DNA of 64,000 bases from an uncultured cyanobacterium (GCA_963719515.1 CAVRCJ010000011.1:224001-288000), one strand, 5' to 3'; counted from the stretch's first letter, positions 39,955 through 51,136 are shown. Notes: generated by a model from the sequence alone, not told the origin. Program-made: numbers and translations.

Positions 39955-40494
39955 TCAATCCTTGCGTGGGAAACCGGAAACGTCCTGAAAGCTAGCGTTA
40001 GAGAAATCCCGGTCGTCTTTGGGAATGACGCTCAAAGTAGCATCAGTTTCTAGAATTACCCACTGGACTTCTTCAAGGTCGATAAGTCCGTTTTCGCGAA
40101 CTGCTGACATCACTTCACTAGGGGTAACGCGCTCTTGCCTCAAGGCGTCATGAATAAGCTCACCCTTATGAACGAGCAGCGTTGGACGTGCCTTGACAAG
40201 CCTCGCTAGCCTCTTAGAGAAAAGGATTCTGCTTGTGAGGAGGTACTGCGCCCCCAAAAGAATAGCAATAGCGGTGATTGCCTCGACAAACGATACGCTG
40301 TCGATCACGATGCCTGAAGCCGTTAGCGCGCCAATGGCAACTGTAACAATCCAGTCAAAGTTGTTCATTTGGGAAGTGGCTCGCTTTCCGGTGATTCGAA
40401 TCGCCAGAATGACGGCAACGTACATGATGGGAGCGACTAAGATAATTTCAATAACGCCTTCCCAACCGTCAAAAAATGCTTCCAGTAGGTCCAT
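39955..40494 (-). CDS. DUF421 (YetF) membrane protein
   Basis: RITGKRATSQMNNFDWIVTVAIG; VILETDATLSVI. Confidence 0.9.
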   Translation of the reverse strand: MDLLEAFFDGWEGVIEIILVAPIMYVAVILAIRITGKRATSQMNNFDWIVTVAIGALTASGIVIDSVSFVEAITAIAILLGAQYLLTSRILFSKRLARLVKARPTLLVHKGELIHDALRQERVTPSEVMSAVRENGLIDLEEVQWVILETDATLSVIPKDDRDFSNASFQDVSGFPRKD

Positions 40495-40711
40495 CGAGAG
40501 CGTCCTTTGTAATGTTCAAGCACTCCACCCTAAAGCACGCTTCAGACTTTAGGCGGCTCTATGAGGATGCCTTGCAAAATCTTGTCGACGGCGCTTGAAA
40601 CGAAACCGCGGCAAGAAGAGCTTCGGCCAATATACCTGCTGATCAGCGGCATGATATCTACCTGTGGGTAGGAGGAAAGCCTGCGAGTGAGATAAAAGGG
40701 CAGCGCCCTGT

Positions 40712-41752
40712 TTAACCTATGGGCAATAAATCTAGGGCCTGCCGCACCACCTCACTCCCGGCCCCCGCCCGGCAAGAGTGCTCCGTTAGGTGACGCTTCC
40801 AAGCCTTGCTCCCCGGCTGCCCCGTGAACAGCTGCAGCATGTGGCGCGTGATTTTGTTCACCTTAAACTGTCCTGCCCAGCGCGCCATCCACTGGTCAAT
40901 ATAGGGCAGCATTGCCTCCGCCACCTCTCGGCGCGATCGCCCCATGGAGCTGGCTACCCCTTGCGGCTCATCCCCAAAAAATTCTTCATCCACCGTGGCA
41001 AATAGATAGGGATTGTCGTAGGCTGCCCGCCCCACCATCACCGCGTCTACCTGCTGGAGCTGCTCGCGCACCTGCTCCAACCCCGTGATGCCGCCGTTAA
41101 TCTCAATCGCTAGGTGAGGAAACTCCCGCTTCAGCCGATGCACATCGCCATAGCGCAGCGGCGGCACGGTGCGGTTTTGCTTTGGGTTAAGTCCCTGCAG
41201 CCACGCTTTACGAGCGTGTACCGTGAAGTGATGACAGCCCGCCGCCGCCACCGTCTCCACAAAGTGGGCCATATCCTCGTAGCGATCGCGATCGTCGATG
41301 CCAATCCGGTGCTTCACGGTCACGGGAATCGGCACGGCGGCTTTCATCGCGGCCACGCAGTCCGCTACCCGCTCCGGCTGCCCCATCAGACAGGCCCCAA
41401 AATGCCCATTCTGAACGCGATCGCTGGGACAGCCCACGTTGAGGTTAACTTCGTCGTACCCCCTGTCGTAAGCCTCACGGCTGCAGTAGGCTAGGTCCTG
41501 CGGGTTATCTCCCCCCAGCTGCAGGGCCAAAGGCTTCTCTTCGGGCGAGAACCCCAGCAGGTAGTCGCGATCGCCGTGGAGAATGGCTCCGGTAGTCACC
41601 ATTTCTGTGTACAGCAGGGTGTGCCGGGTGATCTGCCGCATAAAGTAGCGGTAGTGGCGATCGGTGCGGTCCATCATTGGGGCAATGCTCACCGGGTAGG
41701 GGGCGGTGAGGGAGCGAGGCAGCGCCCGCTGAGGTAAGGCAACAAAAGTCAT
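40712..41752 (-). CDS. dusA: tRNA-dihydrouridine(20/20a) synthase
   Basis: APMMDRTDRH, NLNVGCPSDRVQ.G.FGACLM, HARKAWL.GL.PKQNR. Confidence 0.95.
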   Translation of the reverse strand: MTFVALPQRALPRSLTAPYPVSIAPMMDRTDRHYRYFMRQITRHTLLYTEMVTTGAILHGDRDYLLGFSPEEKPLALQLGGDNPQDLAYCSREAYDRGYDEVNLNVGCPSDRVQNGHFGACLMGQPERVADCVAAMKAAVPIPVTVKHRIGIDDRDRYEDMAHFVETVAAAGCHHFTVHARKAWLQGLNPKQNRTVPPLRYGDVHRLKREFPHLAIEINGGITGLEQVREQLQQVDAVMVGRAAYDNPYLFATVDEEFFGDEPQGVASSMGRSRREVAEAMLPYIDQWMARWAGQFKVNKITRHMLQLFTGQPGSKAWKRHLTEHSCRAGAGSEVVRQALDLLPIG

Positions 41753-41755
41753 GAT

Positions 41756-43565
41756 TTAAGGAGAATTCGACGCTGGACGAGCTTTGAAGTAGGCCTCCAG
41801 CACCTCTTGAACGATAGGGGCTGCCAAAGCTGAGCCCCCGCCGCCGGAGTTCTCCCCAAAGGCTACCACCACGATTTCAGGGTTTTCGTAGGGGCCGTAG
41901 GCCCCAAACCAGGTGTGGTTCTCGCGGGGCTGGTCTTCGGCGGTGCCGCTCTTGCCCGCTAGCGGAGGCATGTGGGCGACGTTGAGCTTACGGCCCGTGC
42001 CGCTGGTGATTACCTGACGGAGGCCCTGCTTCAGCACGCGCACCGTCTCATCAGAAAGGCCCAAAGGCTGCCGCCACTGACGACTGGTATCGGGGTCTTT
42101 ATAGAGGTGAGGAATGACGCGATCGCCCCCGTTAGCGACGACGGCAAACATCACCGCCACCTGCAGCGGCGAGGCCTGTAGGTAGCCCTGGCCAATAGTC
42201 ATGTTGATGGTGTCCCCGAGATACCAGGGCTCATCGAGATTCTCCAGCTTCCAATCTTCGTCAGGCACCAGCCCAGCAGCCTCTTCCACCGCCAGCTCGA
42301 TTCCCGTTTTCTTCGCCAAACCCGTAGCGGCGGGTCCATTCAATCAGCGGCTCCTCCCCCATGCGCATGCCGGTTTGGTAAAAGAAGGTGTCGCTGCTCA
42401 TAGCCATCGCCCCCTGGAAAGATAGCGGTCCGAACCCCGCTTTGTTCCAGTCCCAAAACTGAATGCCCCCGGCTTGGATATAGGGGTAGGTTTGGAGCAC
42501 CGTGCGCGGTGAGAACCGGCCCGACTCGATGGCGGCGCTAGTGGTAACAATTTTAAAGGTGCTGGCGGGGGCGTATCCCTGCAGGGCGCGGTTGACGAAC
42601 GGAAACTCCAGGCTTTGGAGTCGGTTCCACTCCGTGCTGGTGATGTGGGTTGAGAAAATATTGGGGTCGAAAGCCGGGCGGCTGACCATCGCTAGCACCT
42701 CCCCATTTCTGGGGTCGATGGCGACTACTGCACCTCTAAGATCCCCTAGAGCCTTTTCAGCCGCCTGCTGTAGGGGAATATCGAGGGTCAGCTGCAGGTC
42801 GCGGCCCGGTTCGGCGGGCTTCTCGCTCAAAATCTGCAGCACCTGCCCGATGCCATCCACCTCGATTTGGCGACCGCCCCACTCGCCTCGCAGGGTCGTC
42901 TCAAAGGCCGATTCGACCCCCATCTGACCGACAACATCTCCCAGGCGGTAGCCCTCGTCAGCGAGATCGACGAGCAGCTCGTCGCTGATCTCTCCGGTGT
43001 AGCCCAGCACGTGGGCGGCGAGGTCGCCGTTGGGGTAGATCCGCTCCGTTTCCGCCTCCACCTGAATTCCCGTCAGCTCTGGCTTGAACTCCATCAGCGC
43101 CGTGAGCTGGGCAGGGGTGATGTCGCGGGCGATGCGCACCAGCAGGGGCGAATTGTATCCGGCCTGCTCTAGCCGCTGCCGGATGTCCTCAGCAGGGATA
43201 TCGAGAATCTCGGACAGCCGGGAAAAGATAGGCTCCCAGTCCACCTCTTCTCGCTTGATAGGCCAGAGGTAGACGGAATAGGACAGCCGATTTTCGACGA
43301 GCGCCTGACCATTGCGATCGAGGATGCGCCCCCGCTCCGGCGGACGGGGCAGCAGCCGAATGCGATTATCTTCGGCAAGCTGGTGGTTGTAATCACCCTG
43401 AAGCAGCTGTAGGTAAGCCAGTCTACCGCCAATTCCCCCCAGCAGCAGCAGCGTCGTAATAGCCATGGCCACGACCGATTGAAACTGTTGACCGACGGTG
43501 CGGCCAGTCTCCCGGGGGGTACGGCTGTGATATTTGGTTCGGGTGGGAGATTGACTAATTGCCAT
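41756..43565 (-). CDS. mrdA: Penicillin-binding protein 2, +1 frameshift near 42311
   Basis: RGRILDRNG, ASTFK (SxxK), SSD, KSGTAE; the two ORFs join at YGFGE-KTGIEL after removing one base. Confidence 0.88.
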
Positions 43566-43712
43566 TGAGACTGATTGCCGTGGGATTTGGCAGCAAATCC
43601 CTGATTTGGATTATTATGCTGCTCTAGACTCAGCTTCATTCAGGCTGAGCGACAGCGTTTCCGTGCGATCGCGATCAGCCGATGGATTTTGTAGTCTTGC
43701 CGTCTGCGTAAG

Positions 43713-43899
43713 GGTTATCTAGCGTAGCGGTTATCTAGCGTAGCGGTTATCTAGCGCAATGGTATCTGCTGTAACGGCCCTTCACATAGTGCTGCTAAAC
43801 ACTGAGTGTAGCAATCCTGAGTGTAGCAATCTCGGCAGCGATTCGGTACGATGCATCTACTAAGATCAGGCCAGCTTTAATAGATCAGGCCAGCTTTAA
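43713..43899. repeat. Cluster of three unrelated short tandem duplications
   Basis: GGTTATCTAGCGTAGC x2.75 (43713-43756); CTGAGTGTAGCAATC x2 (43802-43831); AGATCAGGCCAGCTTTAA(T) x2 (43863-43899). Confidence 0.9.
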
Positions 43900-44091
43900 A
43901 GCGGGAACGTTGTTAGAGTCGCTGTCGCCCCGCAGAGCGTCGCCGGTTCGGTACTGCCCCCAAAGTCTAGCCCTGCTTCCCTCCCCCAATGAACCCATGA
44001 AATCCCTAAACCCTCTGACACGCTCAGCGCTGATGCTGATTTACCCCCTTCACTTCACCTAGGTCAGTCACCAAGCCCAGCTAAAAATACT

Positions 44092-45204
44092 ATGTCCCAA
44101 ACCGCTGTTCGAGATGGGCTGACGCAGGCCAGCCGCGCCACTCCAGACGTTGAACTTCGCAAAGTCTTTAAGGTTTTTGACGACGACACCGCCGTTCGCG
44201 GCGCTGATTTAGCCATTCAGTCAGGCGAATTTTTTAGCATCCTAGGGCCTTCAGGCTGCGGAAAAACGACAACGCTACGGCTGATTGCGGGGTTTGAGGC
44301 CCCCACGGCGGGAGACTTACTCATTCGCGGAAAATCTGTTGTCAATGTTCCCCCCTATCGCCGCCCGGTGAACACCGTTTTCCAAAGCTATGCCCTGTTT
44401 GGCCACATGACGGTTTGGGACAACGTCGCCTTTGGGCTGCGGATTCAGCGCCAGGCCAAAGCTGCGATTCGCGATCGCGTCGATGAGGCCCTGAGGCTGG
44501 TCAAAATGGAGTCCTTTGCCCGCCGCCACCCGAGCCAGCTCTCGGGGGGGCAGCAGCAGCGGGTAGCCTTGGCGAGAGCGCTGGTAAATCGCCCTGCAGT
44601 GCTGCTGCTGGACGAGCCGCTGGGGGCATTGGACCTGAAGCTGCGCAAAGAAATGCAGATGGAGCTGTCGCACCTGCACCGGGGTCTAGGCGTCACCTTC
44701 GTGATGGTGACCCACGACCAGGAAGAGGCCCTGAGCCTCAGCGATCGCATCGCCGTTATGAACAATGGGGCCATTGAGCAGGTGGGTAGCCCCACCGAGA
44801 TTTACGATCGTCCCAGAACCGCCTTCGTAGCAGACTTTATCGGCGACACCAACCTATTTAGGGGGCGCGTCCAGCAGGGCGACAGCGCTATGCTCCAGGT
44901 TGTCACCTCCACCGGATTGTCAATACTGACCCAGGCTCCCGCTGCTGGCGCTGACGCCGCCGTAGTCGTCAGTATTCGCCCCGAGTCTATCCACCTAGCC
45001 TCCCACCCCCAAGACGTGAAAAACTGCTTTGCGGGCCAATTGACGAACGTGATGTATCTTGGGGCCCACGTTCAGTATGTGGTCAAACTTGACTCAGGCG
45101 ATCGCCTGCAGGTGCTGCAGCCCAAGGGGACGGAGCTGCTAGACCTGCATTCTCCTGTTTACGTCTGGTGGCGTGAAAGCGATAGCCTTACCCTGGCAAC
45201 TTAA
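44092..45204 (+). CDS. potA: Polyamine ABC transporter ATP-binding protein
   Basis: [29 protein letters not shown]-terminal TOBE region. Confidence 0.92.
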   Translation: MSQTAVRDGLTQASRATPDVELRKVFKVFDDDTAVRGADLAIQSGEFFSILGPSGCGKTTTLRLIAGFEAPTAGDLLIRGKSVVNVPPYRRPVNTVFQSYALFGHMTVWDNVAFGLRIQRQAKAAIRDRVDEALRLVKMESFARRHPSQLSGGQQQRVALARALVNRPAVLLLDEPLGALDLKLRKEMQMELSHLHRGLGVTFVMVTHDQEEALSLSDRIAVMNNGAIEQVGSPTEIYDRPRTAFVADFIGDTNLFRGRVQQGDSAMLQVVTSTGLSILTQAPAAGADAAVVVSIRPESIHLASHPQDVKNCFAGQLTNVMYLGAHVQYVVKLDSGDRLQVLQPKGTELLDLHSPVYVWWRESDSLTLAT

Positions 45205-45222
45205 TTTTTGCTCGTAGATTTA

Positions 45223-45251
45223 TTGACAGAGGCGAATCCAGGCTTGATACT
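45223..45251 (+). promoter_or_regulatory. Sigma70-type promoter upstream of the potD pair
   Basis: TTGACA-17 nt-GATACT. Confidence 0.5.
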
Positions 45252-45368
45252 CCTTAACATCAGATTCGAAATTGCGGGCCGTCTGTTGTTCCCGCTTGGC
45301 CCGTTCACGTCAACCCGTTCACGCTGATCCACTCACGTTAAAGATTTCTCAGGAGGCTGTCGTTCGCT

Positions 45369-46532
45369 ATGACCAGAAACCCCCGATATCCTAGCCGACG
45401 GTCGCGTCGCCTGACCCCGACGCGGCGGCGGTTTTTGCAGCTCTCTGGCGCGGCACTCTCTGGAATAGCTCTGGCGAACTGCGGACGCACGCTTTCCGAC
45501 TCGCCCGGTGACTCGGAAGACCCCGCCTCTACAGAGGGCGCAGCGGAAGCAGGGGCCGACAAGGACACCCTCTATATCTACACTTGGGCCGACTACGTAG
45601 ACGAAGGTCTGCTGGCCCTGTTCACCGAGCGTACGGGCTACGAAGCCGTATCCGACGTCTACGACTCGAATGAGACCATGCTGGCACGGCTACAGGCCGG
45701 GGGCGGGGAGAACTACAGCATCATCTACCCCTCGGACTACATGGTGCAGGAGATGATCGGGCTGGACTTGCTCAGCGAGCTGGACCCCGAGCAGCTACAG
45801 GGCATGGACAAGATTCGCGAGAAGTGGCAAGACCCGGTGTACGACGGGCAGAACCGTCACAGCGTGCCCGTCAGCTGGGGCACCACGGGACTGCTGTTTA
45901 ATAAAGCTGAGCTGGGCGACGCCCCGGATGACTGGGACTACCTGTGGGACAGCACAGATGACATTTCGGGCCGCTTGACCCTGCTGGACGACATGCGAGA
46001 AACCTTAGGGGCCGTCCTCAGGTCTCTGGGCTATTCCTACAACAGTACAGACGAAGGCGAAATCGAAGAGGCCTACGAGCGGCTGCTGGAGCTAAAGCCC
46101 GCGATTACCGATTTTCAGTCCTTTGGCTATGAGGACCAGCTGCTGGGGGGCGACCTGCTGGTAGTGATGGCGTACTCGGTAGATGCGATCGCCGCGACCC
46201 TAGAGGACGAAAACTTAGAGTACATCGTCCCCAAAAGCGGCTCGTCGGTGTGGACCGATACCATGGTAATTCCCAAGAGCGCCCCTAACTCCGAGGCGGC
46301 CTACGCCTGGATGAACTTCATGCTCGATCCAGAAGTGGCGGCCAAGGCGGTAGACACCCTGTACTTCGCCACGCCCAACCAAGCGGCCTACGACCTGCTG
46401 TCTGACGAGCTGAAGGAAAACGAAGACCTGTTCCCGTCTGATGAAGTGCTCGACCAATGTGAGGGCATTGCTCCCGTCGGCGATGCGACCCAGCTGTATG
46501 AGGACTACTGGACCCAACTCACAAGCGCCTAA
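45369..46532 (+). CDS. potD: Polyamine-binding lipoprotein (PotD/PotF family, Tat signal), acidic paralogue
   Basis: TRRRFLQ...LANC; LYIYTWADY, YDSNETM, PSDYMV, WGTTG. Confidence 0.88.
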   Translation: MTRNPRYPSRRSRRLTPTRRRFLQLSGAALSGIALANCGRTLSDSPGDSEDPASTEGAAEAGADKDTLYIYTWADYVDEGLLALFTERTGYEAVSDVYDSNETMLARLQAGGGENYSIIYPSDYMVQEMIGLDLLSELDPEQLQGMDKIREKWQDPVYDGQNRHSVPVSWGTTGLLFNKAELGDAPDDWDYLWDSTDDISGRLTLLDDMRETLGAVLRSLGYSYNSTDEGEIEEAYERLLELKPAITDFQSFGYEDQLLGGDLLVVMAYSVDAIAATLEDENLEYIVPKSGSSVWTDTMVIPKSAPNSEAAYAWMNFMLDPEVAAKAVDTLYFATPNQAAYDLLSDELKENEDLFPSDEVLDQCEGIAPVGDATQLYEDYWTQLTSA

Positions 46533-46553
46533 CTAACTCGCGCCTAACTACCC

Positions 46554-47723
46554 ATGCCCCACCGCGCCCCCCCTTCCCGCTTCCGGCCTATTCACTCTGG
46601 GCCTTCTTCAAGCCGCCCCAGCCGCCGCCACTTCCTGCAGGGCTCTGCCGCCGCCCTCTCGGCGATCGCCCTGTCCAACTGCAGCCGTCAGCTGTCCGAC
46701 GTCAAGGACGACGCCTCGGCTCCGAAAGGTGAGGCGGCTGGCGGCAAGGCGTCCGGGACACTCAACGTCTACACCTGGGCCGACTACAGCGACGAAGATC
46801 TGGTGGCCGAGTTCACCAAGGAAACCGGCATCGAGGTGACGATAGATATCTACGAGTCGAATGAGGCCATGCTGGCCAAGCTGCAGGCCGGGGGCGGCGA
46901 CAAGTACAGCATCATGTACCCATCGGACTACATGGTGCAGCAGATGATGGGTCTAGAGCTGCTCGCTGAACTCGACCCGGACCGGCTCAAGGGGCTAGAT
47001 ACGCTGCAGCCCAAGTGGGAAGACCCCGGCTACAACCCCGGCAACACCCACAGCGTTCCCGTGAGCTGGGGCACCACCGGTTTGATCTATAACGCCGACG
47101 CGCTCACCAACCCTCCTCAAGACTGGGACTATCTGTGGGACCAAAAGGGCCGCCTGTCCCGCCGTATGACCCTTTTGGACGATATGCGGGAGACGATGGG
47201 GGCAATGCTCAAGTCCCTGGGCTATTCCTATAATGAGACAGACCCCGACAAGCTGGAGGAGGCCTACGAGCGTCTAGTGGACCTCAAGCCAGCGGTGTCT
47301 TCGTTCAAGTCCTTTGGCTGGGAAGACCAGCTGTTTGGCGGCGACAGCCTGCTGGCAATGGTCTACTCGGTGGATGCGATCGCCGCCACGCTGAAAAGCT
47401 CAAAGCTCAAATACGTCATTCCAGAGAGCGGCTCTTCGGTGTGGACGGACACCATGGTGATTCCTGAAGGTGCTCCCAACGTGGATGCGGCCTACGCCTG
47501 GATCAACTTTATGCTGACGCCCGAGGTGGCAGCGGCGGCGGTGGAGCGACTCAAGTTTGCTACCCCCAACCAGGCGGCCTTCGACCTAGTGTCCAGCGAC
47601 CTAACCGAAAACAAAGACCTGTTTCCACCTCAGTCCATCCTCGACAAGTGCGACGGCATTGCTCCAGTAGGGGACGCCATCGACCTCTACGATCGCTACT
47701 GGACCCAGATCAAAAGCCTATAG
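46554..47723 (+). CDS. potD: Polyamine-binding lipoprotein, second tandem paralogue
   Basis: SRRHFLQ...LSNC; LNVYTWADY, YESNEAM, PSDYMV, WGTTG. Confidence 0.88.
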   Translation: MPHRAPPSRFRPIHSGPSSSRPSRRHFLQGSAAALSAIALSNCSRQLSDVKDDASAPKGEAAGGKASGTLNVYTWADYSDEDLVAEFTKETGIEVTIDIYESNEAMLAKLQAGGGDKYSIMYPSDYMVQQMMGLELLAELDPDRLKGLDTLQPKWEDPGYNPGNTHSVPVSWGTTGLIYNADALTNPPQDWDYLWDQKGRLSRRMTLLDDMRETMGAMLKSLGYSYNETDPDKLEEAYERLVDLKPAVSSFKSFGWEDQLFGGDSLLAMVYSVDAIAATLKSSKLKYVIPESGSSVWTDTMVIPEGAPNVDAAYAWINFMLTPEVAAAAVERLKFATPNQAAFDLVSSDLTENKDLFPPQSILDKCDGIAPVGDAIDLYDRYWTQIKSL

Positions 47724-47732
47724 GACGCTAGC

Positions 47733-49192
47733 TTGGCCCATCGAATTCTCATTTGGTACCGCAACGACCTGCGGCTGCACGACCACGAGCCAATTACCCA
47801 GGCCCTCAAGGCCGGAGCCCAGGTGGTGCCGGTCTACTGCTTTGACCCCCGCCAGTTTGGCACCACGGCATTTGGGTTTGCGAAGACGGGGCCGTTTCGC
47901 GCCCGGTTTCTGCGGGAGAGCGTGGCAGACCTGCGGCAGAGCCTGCGATCGCTAGGGAGCGACCTGGTGATTCGCTGCGGGGAGCCCGAAGCCGTTCTGC
48001 CCAAGCTGGTGCGCGAGCTAGGCATCAGCAGCGTCTACTTTTACCGGGAAGCCACTTCAGAAGAGACGCGGGTGGAGGCAGCGCTAGCCCAGGCGCTAGC
48101 CCCTCTGGGCGTCAAGACGAAGTCTTTTTGGGGCGCAACGCTGCACCATGTAGACGACCTGCCGTTTGATCTGAGCAAGCTGCCGGATCTATTCACCCGC
48201 TTTCGCAAGGCGGTAGAGAAAGAGTCTACCGTCTACCCCACTTTTCCTCAGCCCGATGGGCTCACGCCCTTACCCGACGTTGACCCTGAGGCGCTGCCTA
48301 CTTTAGAGAGCCTGGGCGTCGAGGCTAAAGCCCCAGACGAGCGGGGTGTCCTGGACTTTGAGGGAGGGGAGACGGCGGGGCAGCAGCGCCTGGGGGACTA
48401 TTTCTGGCAGCAGGATGCACTGCGCCGCTACAAGCAGACCCGCAACGGCATGCTGGGGGCCGACTATTCTTCTAAGTTTTCGCCCTGGCTGGCCCTGGGC
48501 TGCCTGTCGCCGCGCTACATCTACGAGACGGTGCAGAACGTATGAGACCGAGCGCGTTGCCAACGACTCCACCTACTGGCTGGTGTTTGAGCTGCGCTGG
48601 CGCGACTACTTCCGGTTTGTGGCTCTCAAGTATGATGACGCGCTCTTTCGCCCCTCCGGCATTCAGGGCATTGAGATTCCTTGGGAGCACGACTGGGACC
48701 GCTTCGAGCGTTGGCAGAAGGGGGAGACGGGCTTTCCGCTGGTGGATGCCAATATGCGAGAGCTAGCAGCTACGGGCTTTATGTCTAACCGAGGGCGGCA
48801 AAACGTCGCTAGCTTTTTGACCAAAAACCTGGGCATTGACTGGCGGATGGGGGCCGAGTGGTTTGAGTCGCGCCTGGTAGATTACGACGTGTGCAGCAAC
48901 TACGGCAACTGGAACTACACCGCTGGGGTCGGTAACGATGCGCGCGGGTTCCGCTATTTCAATATCCCCAAGCAGTCGAAGGACTATGACGCCAAGGGGC
49001 ATTACGTGAAGCACTGGCTGCCGCAGCTGGAGCGAGGTGCCCGCGAGCAAGGTGCACGAACCCTGGAAACTATCGGCAGAGGAGCAAAAGCACTGCGGCG
49101 TGAGAATTGGGGTTGATTATCCCAATCCGATTGTGGACCTGTACAAGTCGGTGAAGCACAACGAGCGGCTTTACAACGAGGCGGTGGGGTGA
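47733..49192 (+). CDS. Cryptochrome DASH, two +1 frameshifts (about 48537 and about 49035)
   Basis: [61 protein letters not shown]; a third frame continues [20 protein letters not shown] to TGA 49192. Confidence 0.88.
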
Positions 49193-49330
49193 GCCGGAGT
49201 TCTTTACCTCAGTTTGATGAAGTATGGGGCGATTCAGCAGCGGTCTATCGGGCGTTCGTGGAGGGTGGCGACTATTCACAGCCAGCACTTCTGCGTTTGA
49301 TGCCCAATTTCTAAAAGCAAGACTTCGGGA

Positions 49331-49563
49331 TTGAACAAAGCAGAACAGCGATCGCTGTTTGAGTTTTTGCAGAAGTTTGAGGTCTGCCATCTTACAGAAG
49401 CCACGTCCAGACAAGCGATCGCGCTAATGCAGGCCTATACGCTCAGTCATGGGCTAAAAATTCCAGATGCATTGATTGCAGCTGCTGCGATCGCGAGCGG
49501 GATGACACTGCTGAGCAAAAATTAACGGCACTATCGCGTTATGCCTAGCCTCAAGCGGCTCTA
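49331..49563 (+). pseudogene. PIN-domain (VapC-like) toxin fragment
   Basis: C-terminal PIN motif LSHGLKIPDALIAAAAI...LLSKN*RHYR with an in-frame stop; the N-terminal Asp motif is missing. Confidence 0.7.
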
Positions 49564-49575
49564 GCATCCCAAGAA

Positions 49576-50067
49576 TTATTCTTCTAAAGCAATCAGCAGC
49601 TTGCGAAGCAGGGTCGCCAACTCATCTTGGTCTGTCCCCTCTAATGGGCCAAGCAGACGGTGCATATTTTCAACGTGAGCCTCGACCGCCGTCTCAATCA
49701 GGTTAAAGCCCTTCGGCTTCAGCTGAATCAACGTGCCCCGGCGATCGCTGGGGTCCGCAATTCGCTCCACTAGATCTGCTTGCTCTAGGCGATCGACGCG
49801 GTGGGTCATGGTGCCCGAAGAGACCATCATGGTGTTGAACAGCTCAGTGGGAGAAAGCTGATAGGGCGCTCCCGAACGGCGCAGCGTTGCCAAAACGTCA
49901 AACTCTCCAGGGCGCAGGTCAAACTCCGAGAAAGTGGCCTGCACAGAGCGGCTTATATATTTAGAGACTCTCGCCAGTCTGCCGACGATGCCCATAGGAG
50001 AGGGGTCTAGGTCGGGGCGCTCTCGCCGCCACTGTATCAAAATCTCATCAACTGGGTCGGAGGCCAT
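49576..50067 (-). CDS. pecS: MarR family regulator, PecS/UrtR-like
   Basis: DPVDEILIQWRRERPDLD, EFDVLATLRRSG, SSGTMTHRVDRLE, DPSDRRG; divergent from an EamA gene. Confidence 0.8.
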   Translation of the reverse strand: MASDPVDEILIQWRRERPDLDPSPMGIVGRLARVSKYISRSVQATFSEFDLRPGEFDVLATLRRSGAPYQLSPTELFNTMMVSSGTMTHRVDRLEQADLVERIADPSDRRGTLIQLKPKGFNLIETAVEAHVENMHRLLGPLEGTDQDELATLLRKLLIALEE

Positions 50068-50101
50068 CGCGATGCCTTACCTAGAGGTTTCGTATCGACA
50101 A

Positions 50102-50196
50102 TCTTAACATTGAGACAAAAGATAAATCTTGACGCAGAGTTTCTTGATATCGAGACATCTGCTAGAATCTTCGCATAGAGTTTCTTGACATCAAGA
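50102..50196. promoter_or_regulatory. Array of PecS-type operator palindromes
   Basis: TCTTGACATCAAGA (50183-50196), TCTTGATATCGAGA (50142-50155), TCTTAACATTGAGA (50102-50115), plus weaker copies at 50127 and 50168. Confidence 0.75.
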
Positions 50197-50201
50197 TAAT
50201 C

Positions 50202-51059
50202 ATGACGCGCCCGACCCGCCTTTCCGACATTCTGATAACGGCCCTTGCCCCCATATCCTGGGGCACGACCTACGCGGTCGCCACCGAGTTTCTCCCCCCT
50301 AACCATCCGCTGCTGGTGGCCGCCATGCGCACTTTACCCATCGGCCTACTGATGACGCTGGGCAGGCGCAGGCTTCCTCAGGGCCACTGGTGGTGGCGCA
50401 TTTTTGTCTTGGGAGCGCTGAATATCGGTGTCTTTCAGGCACTGTTGTTCGTGGCAGCCTACCGACTGCCGGGGGGCGTGGCGGCGACGGCAGGAGCGAT
50501 TCAGCCGCTGCTCGTCGTGCTGTTTGCTTGGCTAATTTTGAGCAACCGGCCCACAAAGCTGGCGATCGCCGCAGCCGTTGCCGGTTTTGTAGGAGTGGGT
50601 CTGCTAGTGCTGAGTCCCGAAGCGCAGCTAGACGGCCTCGGCGTTGTAGCGGCATTAGGTGGGGCTATGGCCATGGGCGTAGGAACGGTGCTGGTCAAGC
50701 AGTGGAAGCCACCGGTTTCCCTCATTACCTTCACGGCCTGGCAACTCACGGTGGGCGGGCTGCTGCTGCTGCCGCTGGGCCTCATCGTTGAGGGACCGTT
50801 TGAGACGCTTTCAAAAACAAACCTATGGGCCTTCGTTTACCTGGGCCTGATCGGCACAGGGCTTGCCTATGCCCTGTGGTTTCGCGGTATTGACAAGCTC
50901 AGCGCCGCGGCAGCCGCCTACCTGGGCTTGCTGAGTCCACTCGTCGCCACCCTTGTTGGTTATGGATTTCTTCAGGAAACGCTATCGCCGGTGCAGCTCA
51001 CCGGCATTGCCGTGGTGCTCGCCAGCGTTCTAGTGGGGCAGCAGGCTGCATCTCAGTGA
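50202..51059 (+). CDS. pecM: EamA/DMT exporter, PecM-like
   Basis: TALAPISWGTTYAVATEFLP, AAYRLPGGVAA; about 10 TM. Confidence 0.82.
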   Translation: MTRPTRLSDILITALAPISWGTTYAVATEFLPPNHPLLVAAMRTLPIGLLMTLGRRRLPQGHWWWRIFVLGALNIGVFQALLFVAAYRLPGGVAATAGAIQPLLVVLFAWLILSNRPTKLAIAAAVAGFVGVGLLVLSPEAQLDGLGVVAALGGAMAMGVGTVLVKQWKPPVSLITFTAWQLTVGGLLLLPLGLIVEGPFETLSKTNLWAFVYLGLIGTGLAYALWFRGIDKLSAAAAAYLGLLSPLVATLVGYGFLQETLSPVQLTGIAVVLASVLVGQQAASQ

Positions 51060-51136
51060 TTACTCTCCGACCGGGGGCGCTCCCCCGTATGTTTGGTTTT
51101 GGCTACAGGCTTACTTTCAGATTAAGGCAAATTATC

